Positions 7,420-17,000 of a DNA stretch of 20,000 nt are shown one piece after another. The notes under the pieces are model-generated. The model saw only the letters and a list, made by a program, of their open reading frames with translations. It had not been told where the DNA came from and searched no databases. The stretch is from Chiloscyllium plagiosum (Eukaryota): contig NW_025215169.1 of the NCBI RefSeq assembly GCF_004010195.1, positions 48,161 to 68,160 on the forward strand. The letters run 5' to 3'. Made by a program: the position numbers and the translations under genes. Position 1 is the stretch's first letter; the number at the start of each line of letters is the position of its first letter.

Positions 7420-9600
7420 CGGGCGCCCTCCTTGCTAATGTGGGGCGCGCCCCTCACCTCCTGGGGGCGGCTGGGCGGGCGATGGGGGTTAGCGCAGGGT
7501 GGCGGGAGCCCGCGTGTGGTGGGGCAGCAGCGGCAGCCTTGTCACCGTCACCGGCCAGCCAATGGGAAGCTGGATTCCGTCAGGAAGGGGCGGCCATCTT
7601 GGCGTGGTCTTGACGTCGCTCTGCGGTGAGGGGCTTGGCAGGGGTGGGGGGTGGGTGCGGTGGGGCTCCTTCTCTCCGTATCCACACAAATCTCCTCCTT
7701 GGGGCTCAGCGGGCAAAGTAAGGCAGAAGAGAAAAGAAAAGGAGTGGATTTAAAGCTGCTCCTGGGCCCTCATTGCTCAAAGGCCCCCTTGGTCAACCTT
7801 GGAGAGGTCAGAGGGCAATCCTCCTCCCCCTCCCGCCCTGAGGAAAAAAACCCTCCAGGACAAAATGGCGGCGGGGCCGAAGCAGGCGGGTCCCCGCGTT
7901 CGACGGACAGTTCGGAGGACCAATCGGAAAGCGCCGCCAACTCCTCCTCCAATTGGGAGCCGGTAATGAGTGGAATGGCGTGTTTGTCTTCCTGACGGAC
8001 ACGCGCCGCGTCCAATCGGAGCAGAGAGCAACTGGCGTAAATCCGCCACTAGCCAATGGGGGACAAAGGAAGGGCGGGTATTATTCTCGCGTTTAGCCCC
8101 ACCTCTTCCACCCAGCGGCTGCGTATAGAAGGATTGACGCTGATTCTATCCAATCGGATCGGTTTCGTATGTGTCCCGCTATCCAATTGGAACACGCTCC
8201 TGCTCTCATTCCGCCCGCTGACGGTGGGGGGCCGTCTCAGCTGATTGACGGCGGCCTGATCCAATCCGCTGTCGAGTGTCTCCCAGCTCCCGCTGCCGAT
8301 TGGTTGGCGCCCCTCTGACGGACGGCGGCCCAGCCCATTCGATTGCGTGCACCACCGTCTGCGACCCGCCCATTCGTAGATTGGCAGCAGGGCTACCCAA
8401 TAGGCACCGGGGACCTCACCGGCCTCAGCCAATCGTCGGCGTCGTGCCCGCGCCATGATTTCCCCACCAACACCCCGGAAATCTGGAAGTTTGCAGAACC
8501 TAAGTGGGGAACACTGATAAAAAAATAACACTTTGCAGTATCAGAAAAAAAGAGATAATTAAAGCGCATTTAGTTTTTGCCGCCGGCGTTTAGAATTTGC
8601 GCGTGTTTGCTGACTTTGTCAACTGACCCTGTCAACTGACCCCGCCCCTTTGCCGCATGTTCTTCCGTCGATTGGTCGCTTCCGGTCTGATTGACCTTCC
8701 CTTTCGCCAATCGGCCCTCCCTTCCTTACGATTGGCATTGTTCCCCACCAATCGCTGCCCACATCACCGACGCATGGACCAATGGTGCGTGAGAGAGGCG
8801 GGTCGCGTGTGCGTTCCCGCCCTTTCCCAGGTACGCTCCCCCATTTGTTCCTTCATCCCACGATTGACGTGAGCCTTCGCCCAATGGGCCATCCGTATAT
8901 GTGTGGCGTCACAGTAGGGGGCAGGGTATGCGCTCTAATTGGCCATCCGCCTCCGATCGACGTATTGTCCGCCAACCAACGGAGTTGCTCTCTCCCGGTG
9001 TAGGGCGGGCTTTCCGAGAGGGCGCTGCCATTGCGCCATGTTCTGATTGGCCAGTCTGCCCGAACAGACGTCCATCTCAACCAATCACCGCCCAGGCCTT
9101 AGGGGCGGACGAATTAGATTCAGATTGACGTGCAGCTTGGTCCAATCAACGCCCTTTCCGGACGGCTGCCGTTCAATGGGAACCTAGGGGAGGCGGGCGT
9201 TCGTTGCCGCCGACGATGAATGGTCGGTCTTCGCTGAGCGATGTGAATCTGACCAATCGGCATTCGCCGTCATTTGTTTTTTTCCCCCCCACTCATACCA
9301 TCTGCAGTGAGCGGGACCGGGAGGCGGGCTCCCCCGTGACCGACGTGGCGGCAGACCAATGGAACGCCTCCGTCGCCCACCGGCGCGTCCGCCGATTCGT
9401 CAGCCATCCGCGACGTACGTGCCGCCGGCCCAATCGGAACAGCCACCCTGCGCACCGGCCGAAGGGAGGGCGGGACGTCCGGATATCTCCCCTCACCTCC
9501 GGGTCCTTGGAGTTCGAGCGGCGGCGGTTGCGGCGGTTGCAGATTTGAAAAGGTTGGGCGCGCGCCTCGGAACGCGCGGCCGTTGGCGCTTCAGGCGGGA
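7420..9600. promoter_or_regulatory. CpG-island promoter region of TFPT, probably bidirectional, in two GC-rich lobes separated by an AT-rich spacer (~8510-8580)
   Basis: GC and CpG density are high. I count about 25 CCAAT/ATTGG boxes, YY1 motifs at 7591-7601 (-) and 7861-7872 (+, CAAAATGGCGGC), a CRE-like TGACGTCG at 7611-7618, and GC boxes such as GGGGCGG at ~9101. Confidence 0.85.
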
Positions 9601-9610
9601 AGGTCTGATG

Positions 9611-10670
9611 TACCAGGATGTTGGCCACTCTTGACCAAATTACCAGGATGTTGGCCACTCTTGACCACATTTCCAGGATGTTGGCCACACTTGACCACAT
9701 TTCCAGGATGTTGGCCACTCTTGACCAAATTACCGGGATGTTGCCCCGTCTTGACCGGCTTTACCAGGACGTTGCCCAGTCTTGACCAAAACACAGGGAC
9801 GTTGTCCAGTCCTGGCCGGTTTTACCGGGACGTTGACCAAAACACAGGGACGTTGCCCAGTCCTGAGCGGTGTAACCGGGACGTAGTCCAGTCTTGACCG
9901 ATTTTACCAGGACATTACCCAGCCTTGAGCAATTTACAGAGATGTTGCCCACTCTCTTGACCAAATTACCAGGATGTTGCCCAGACTTGACCAATTTTAC
10001 CGGGATGTTGCCCCGTCTTGACCAAAACACCGGGACGTTGTCCACTCCTGACCGGTTTTGCCGGGACGTTGCCCAGTCTTGTCCACTCCTGACCGGTTTT
10101 GCCGGGACGTTGCCCAGTCTTGACCAAAACACCGGGATGTTGTCCACTCCTGACCGGTTTTGCCGGGACGTTGCCCAGTCTTGACCAAAACACTGGGATG
10201 TTGTCCAGTCCTGACTGGTTTTACCGGAACGTTGTCCAGTCCTGACCGGTTTTACCGGGATGTTTACCAAAACACAGTGACATTGGCCAGTCCTGACCGG
10301 TTTTACCGGGACGTTGGCCAGTCCTGACCGGTTTTACCGCGATGTTGACCAAAACACAGCGACGTTGGCCATTCCTGACCGGTTTTACCGGGACGTTGCC
10401 CAGTCTTGACCGGCTTTGCCTGGACATTGTCCAGTTTTGACCGGTTTTACCGGATCATCGCCCAGTCTTGACCAAAACACCAGGACGTTGTCCAGTCTTG
10501 ACCAAAACACAGCGACGTTGGCCAGTCCTGACCGATTTTACCGGGACGTGGTCCAGTCTTGACCGATTTTAGCAGGACATTACCCAGTCTTGACCAGTTT
10601 ACCGAGACATTGCACGGTCAGGAGCAAATTACCGGGACGGTGGCCGGTCCCGCCTGGCTTTACCGGGACG
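9611..10670. repeat. 30/31-bp minisatellite (about TACCGGGACGTTGCCCAGTCTTGACCGGTTT, with ...TTGACCAAAACAC variants), ~34 copies
   Basis: There is an exact 30-bp period over 9611-9730 (taccaggatgttggccactcttgaccaaat), followed by 30-31 bp variants. Repetitive ORFs occur on both strands. Confidence 0.95.
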
Positions 10671-10883
10671 GTGCCCGACCGCCCTGAGATTTCGTGCCTG
10701 GGCCGGAGAGATCGGGAGACCGGAGTCGTGTCCCTGAAGACCGAGGCGACGGGGTGGGGGTGGGGGTGGGGACGCGATTGAGATGTGTAGAGTCCAGCAC
10801 GGAAACAGACCCACTGGTGAAAACCGTCCGTGCCGGCCCCGGTAACCTGTTTGCCAGCACCTGGCCCGTATCCCCCTCATGTT

Positions 10884-11005
10884 ATCAGATTAGGTTCCCT
10901 ACAGTGTGGAAAACAGGCCCTTCGGCCCAACAAAGTCCACACCGACCCTCCGAAGAGGGGCGACCCAGCCAGACCCAGTCCCCTTCAATCCCTCCCTCCC
11001 TATCC
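10884..11005 (-). mobile_element. 3' end of an HE1-type (V-SINE) shark SINE, truncated by the gap
   Basis: caggcccttcggcccaacaaagtccacaccgaccctccgaag is the reverse complement of the tail of the SINE copy at ~16770-16810 in this window (ttcggcgggtcggtgtggactcgttgggccgaacggcctg). Confidence 0.85.
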
Positions 11006-11098
11006 NNNNNNNNNNNNNNNNNNNNNNNNNNNNNNNNNNNNNNNNNNNNNNNNNNNNNNNNNNNNNNNNNNNNNNNNNNNNNNNNNNNNNNNNNNNNN
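11006..11098. other. Assembly gap (N run)
   Basis: 93 consecutive N bases. Confidence 1.
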
Positions 11099-14000
11099 TC
11101 ACTGTGACCCTCTGTGACACTCTCTGAAAGACTGTGACACACTGAGACACTCTCAAAGACAGACGGACACTTTCTGACTCTCTCTGACACTTTCCGAGGC
11201 ACACGGCGACACTCTCTGACAGACTGTGACACACTGAGACACTCTCAAAGAAAGACTGTGACACTTTCTAATTCCCTCTGACTCACTCTGTAATATACTG
11301 TAGACCTGTCTGACAGACTGTGACACATTGTGACACTCTCTGAGACAGACTGTGACACCTTCTGGCTCTGTCTGACTCTCTGAGACACACTGTGACACTC
11401 TTTGACAGACTGTGACACTCTCTGAGAAACACTGTGACAATTTCTGATTCACTCTAACACTGTGAGCCACTGTGAGCCTCTTAGAAGCACTGTGACCCTC
11501 TGTGACACTCTCTGAAAGACCATGACACACTGAGACACTCTCAAAGACAGACTGTGACACTTTCTTACTCTCTCTGGCTCACTCTGAAATATACTGCAAC
11601 CTTCTCTGACAGACTGTGACACACTGAGACACTCTCAAAGACAGACTGTGACTCTTTCTCACTCTCTCTGGCTCACTGAAATATACTGTAACCTTTTCTG
11701 ACAGACTGTGACACACTGTGACACTCTCAGAGACAGACTGTGACAATTTCTGACTCTCTGTGAAACACACTGTGACACGCTCAGAGAGACTGTGACACAC
11801 TGTGACACACTATGACACTGTCTGCGACACGCTGGGACCCTCTCTAATAATTTGAGACGCACTGTGATACTCTATGATCCTTACCGACACTCTCTGAGAC
11901 ACACTGTGACACTCTCTGACAGACTGTGCTACACTGTGACACTGTCTGAGACTCTCAGAGATTCACTGGGACCCTCTCGGACAATTTGAGACGCACTGTG
12001 ACACTCTCTGACAGACTGTGACACATTGTGACACTCTCTGAGCCTCTCTGAGGCACACTGGGACCCTCTCTGACAATTTGACATGCACTGGGACACTCTG
12101 TGACAGACTGTGACACACTGTGACACTATCCGCGACAAACCAGGATCCTCTCTGATAATTTGAGACGCACTGTGACACTCTCTGATCCTATCCCACACTC
12201 TCGGAGACACTCTGTGACACTCTCTGACAGACTGTGCTTCAATGTGACACTGTCTGAGACTCTCAGAGATACACTGGGATCCTCTCTGACAATTTGAGAC
12301 GCACTGTGACACTTTCTGACATACTGTGACACACTGTGACACTCTCTGACAGACTGTGACGCACTGTGACACTCTCTGACACTATCTGCGACAAACTGGG
12401 GCCCTCTCTCACAATTTGAGACACACTGTAACACGCACTGATCCTATCCAACACTCTCTGAGACACACTGTGACATCTCTGAAACTCTCTGAAAAGCACT
12501 GTGACACTCTGACAGACTGAGACAAATGTGATACTCTCTGACAGATAGTGACACTTTCAGATTTTCTCTGAGTCTCTGGCACACATTGTGATACTGTCTG
12601 TCACTCTCTGAGACACAATGCGACACTCTCTGACAGACTGTGAAACACTGAGACACTCTCTGAGACGCGCTGTGACACTCTCTGATCTTATCTGACACTC
12701 TCGGAGACACACTGGGATACAGTCTGACGCTCTATGACACTCTCTGAGGCAAAGTATGACATACTGTGACACTCTCTAACTCACTCTGACATCTCTGAGA
12801 CACACTGTGACACACTCTCACAGACTATGACTTTCTCTGAGCCAAATGTTGACACTCTCTGACACTCTCTGAGACACAATATGACACACTGTGACACTCT
12901 CTGACCCTTTCGGAGACACACCGTAACTCACTCTCATAGACTGTGACCGTCTCTGAGCTAAATGCTGACACTCTCTGAGACACAGTATGACACACTGTGA
13001 CACTTTCTGACTCTCTCTGAGACACTCTGCAATTCACTGTAAGATTCTCTGACAGATTATGTCACACTGTGACACTCTCTGAGAAAAACTGTGACACTTT
13101 CTGAATCTCTCTGACTCTCTGAGACACACTGTGAAACTCTCTTAGACTCACTGTGACCCTCTGTGACACTCTCTGAAAGACTGTGACACACTGAGACACT
13201 CTCAAAGACAGACTGACACTTTCTGACTCTCTCTGACACTCTCCAAGGCACACGGTGCCACTCTCTGACAGACTGTGACACACTGAGACACTCTCAAAGA
13301 AAGACTGTGACACTTTCTGATTCCCTCTGACTCACTCTGTAATATACTGTAGACCTGTCTGACAGACTGTGACACATTGAGACACTCTCTGTGACAGACT
13401 GTGACACCTTCTGGCTCTGTCTGACTCTCTGAGACACACTGTGACACTCTTTGACAGACTGTGACACTCTCTGACTCTCTCTGAGGCACACTATGACACT
13501 CTCTGACAGACTGTGACACACTGAAACACACTCTGACTCACTCTGGCACTCTCTTAGACACACTGTGACACTCTCTGACTCACGCTAACACTTTGAGACG
13601 CACTATGACACTCTCTGATCGTATCTGACACTCTCTGAGACACACTGTGACACACTCTGAGAAACTGTGACACACTGTGACACTCTCTAAGACTCACTGA
13701 GGCACAGTGGGACCCTATCTGAGATTTTGAGATGCACTGTGACACTTTCTGATCCTACCCGACACACTCTGAGACACACTGTGATGCTCTCTGACACTCT
13801 CTGAAAAGCACTGTGACACTCTCGGACAGACTGTCACGCACTGTGACACTCTCTGACTCTCTCTGAAACACACTGTCACACTCTCTTACAGACTGTGACA
13901 CACTGTGACACTCTCTGAGACACAATGTGACACTCTCTGATCCTATCTGACACTCTCTGAGACACACTGCCACAGTCTCTGTTCATATGTGACACTCTCT

Positions 14001-17000
14001 GAGACACACTGCCACAGTCTCTGTTCATATCTGACACTCTCTGAGACACACTGTGACACTCTCTGACTCTCTCTGAAACACTCTGTGACACGCTCTGACA
14101 GACTGTGACACACTGTGACACACTGTGACACATTCTGACACTCGCTGAGACACACTGGGTCCCTCTCTGACTCCCTCTGACAATTTGAGACGCACTGTGA
14201 CACTCTCTGATACCATCTAACACTCTCTGAGCCACACTGTGATTCTCTCTTATCCTATCTGGGATACTCTGTGACACTCTCTGATAGACTGTGACACACT
14301 GTGACACTCTCAAAGACAGACTGTGACACTTTCTGACTCCCTCTTACTCCCTCTGAAATATACTGAAACTTTCTCTGACAGGCTGTGACCCACTATGACA
14401 CTCCATGAGACAGACTGTGACACACTCTGAGACACAGTGATACAGTCTGACTCTCTCTGACATTCTCTGAGGCACAGCATGACACACTATGACACTCTCT
14501 GACTCTCTCTGAAACACTCTGTGACACGCTCTGACAGACTGTGACACACTGTGACACATTCTGACACTCGCTGAGACACACTGGGTCCCTCTCTGACTCC
14601 CTCTGACAATTTGAGACGCACTGTGACACTCTCTGATACCATCTAACACTCTCTGAGCCACACTGTGATTCTCTCTTATCCTATCTGGGATACTCTGTGA
14701 CACTCTCTGATAGACTGTGACAAATATACTGTGACCTTCTCTGACAGACTGCGACACACTGTTACACTCACTGAGACAGACTGTGACACGTTCTTACTCT
14801 CTCTGAGGCACAATGTGACACTTTCTGACGCCCTCTGACTCTCTGAGACACACTGTGACACCCTCTGACACCCTCTGAGACACACTGTGACAGACTGTGA
14901 CAGACCGTAACAGACTGTGACACTTTCTGACTCTCTCTGAAATATACTGTGACCTTCTCTGACAGACTGCGACACACTGTTACACTCACTGAGACAGACT
15001 GTGACACGTTCTTACTCTCTCTGAGGCACAATGTGACACTTTCTGTCCTACCTGATCTCTCTGAGACACACTGTGACACTCTCTGACACTCTCTGACAGA
15101 CTGTGACACACTGAGGCACTTTCAAAGACAGACTGTGACACTTTCTGACTCTCTCTGAAATATACTGTGACCTTCTCTGACAGACTGCGACACACTGTTA
15201 CACTCACTGAGACAGACTGTGACACGTTCCAACTCTCTCTGAGGCACAATGTGACACTTTCTGACGCCCTCCGACTCTCTGAGACACACTGTGACACCCT
15301 CTGACACCCTCTGAGACACACTGACACACTGAGGCACTTTCAAAGACAGACTGTGACACTTTCTGACTCTCTCTGAAATATACTGTGACCTTCTCTGACA
15401 GACTGCGACACACTGTTACACTCACTGAGACAGACTGTGACACGTTCCAACTCTCTCTGAGGCACAATGTGACACTTTCTGACGCCCTCTGACTCTCTGT
15501 GACACCCTCTGACACCCTCTGAGACACACTGTGACAGACTGTGACAGACCGTGACAGATTGTGACACTTTCTGACTCTGAGACACATGCTGATTCTCTCT
15601 GACACTCTCTGAGACAGAATGTGACACTCTCTGACACTCTCTGAGGCACAGCACGACACAGTGTGACACTTTCTGACAGGTTGTGACAAACTGTGACATT
15701 CTCTGACTTTCTCGGACACTCTCTTAGACTCACTGTGACACTTTATGACTCTCTCTGTCACGCTCTGAGACAAGCTGTTACGCTCTGAGACTGTGACAAT
15801 TTCTGTGACACACTATGACACTCTCTGAACGACTGTGCCACAATGAGAAACTCTCAAAGACAGACTGTGACACTTTCTGACTCTCGCTGACACTCTCTGA
15901 GGCACACTGTGACACTCTCTTAGACACACTGTTAACCACTCTGACACTCTCAAACACACTGTAACATTCTCTGATTCTCTCTTAAACACGCTGTGACATT
16001 CTCTGACTCACTCTGACACTCTCTAAGACACACTGTGACATTCTCTGACAGACTGTGACACGTTCTAACTCTCTCTGAGACACACTGGGACACTCTCTGA
16101 CTCCCTCTGACAATTTGAGACGCACTGTGACACTCTCTGATCCTATCTAACACTCTCTGAGACACACTGTGATTCTCTCTTATCCTATCTGGGATACTCT
16201 GTGACACTCTCTGATAGACTGTGACACACTGTGACACTCTCAAAGACAGACTGTGACACTTTCTGACTCCCTCTTACTCCCTCTGAAATATACTGAAACT
16301 TTCTCTGACAGGCTGTGACCCACTATGACACTCCCTGAGACAGACAGTGACACACTCTGAGACACACTGTGATACAGTCTGACTCTCTCTGACATTCTCT
16401 GAGGCACAGCATGACACACTATGACACTCTCTGACTCACTCTGATACGCTCTGAGGCATACTGTCACACACTCCGACTCTCTCTGACATTTACTTAGACA
16501 AACTGTGACACTCTCTCACTCTCTGTGACAGTGGCACATTGGTTAGCACTGCTGTCTCACAGTGCCAGAGACCCGAGTTCAAATCCCGCATCAGGCGACT
16601 GACTGTGTGGAGTTTGCACATTATTCCAGTGTCTAGAATTCCATGGGTTACACCGGGTGTTCCGGTTTCCTCCCACAGTCCAAAGGTGTGCAGGTTAGGT
16701 GAATTGGCCATGCTAAATTGCCCGTATTGTTAGGTAAGGGGTAAAATGTAGGGGTATGGGTGGGTTGCGTTTCGGCGGGTCGGTGTGGACTCGTTGGGCC
16801 GAACGGCCTGATTACTAATGTACTCACTGTGACACGCTCTGACACTCTCTGAGACACACTGAGAGAATTACCGATGCTCTCTGACATTCTGAGACACACT
16901 GTGACATTTATGACTCTCTGAAACACACTGTGACACTCTCTGACTCTCTCTGAGACAAACTGTGACACTCTCTGAGAGACACTCTCTGAGACACACTGAG

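Noticed and set aside
7058..7613. Plus-strand ORFs with poly-Ser or a hydrophobic, transmembrane-like Leu/Val stretch
   Set aside because: They are antisense shadows of the TFPT acidic triplet repeat.
7651..9718. Multiple 60-160 aa ORFs in the CpG island
   Set aside because: They are expected in GC-rich sequence, overlap on both strands, and show no similarity I recognise, including to PRPF31 or NDUFA3.
9583..10427. Repetitive ORFs on both strands; possible CRISPR-like array
   Set aside because: The units are contiguous 30/31-bp repeats without unique spacers, there are no cas genes, and the context is eukaryotic.
16530..16600. tRNA gene
   Set aside because: The A and B boxes belong to a SINE head, and I see no intact cloverleaf.
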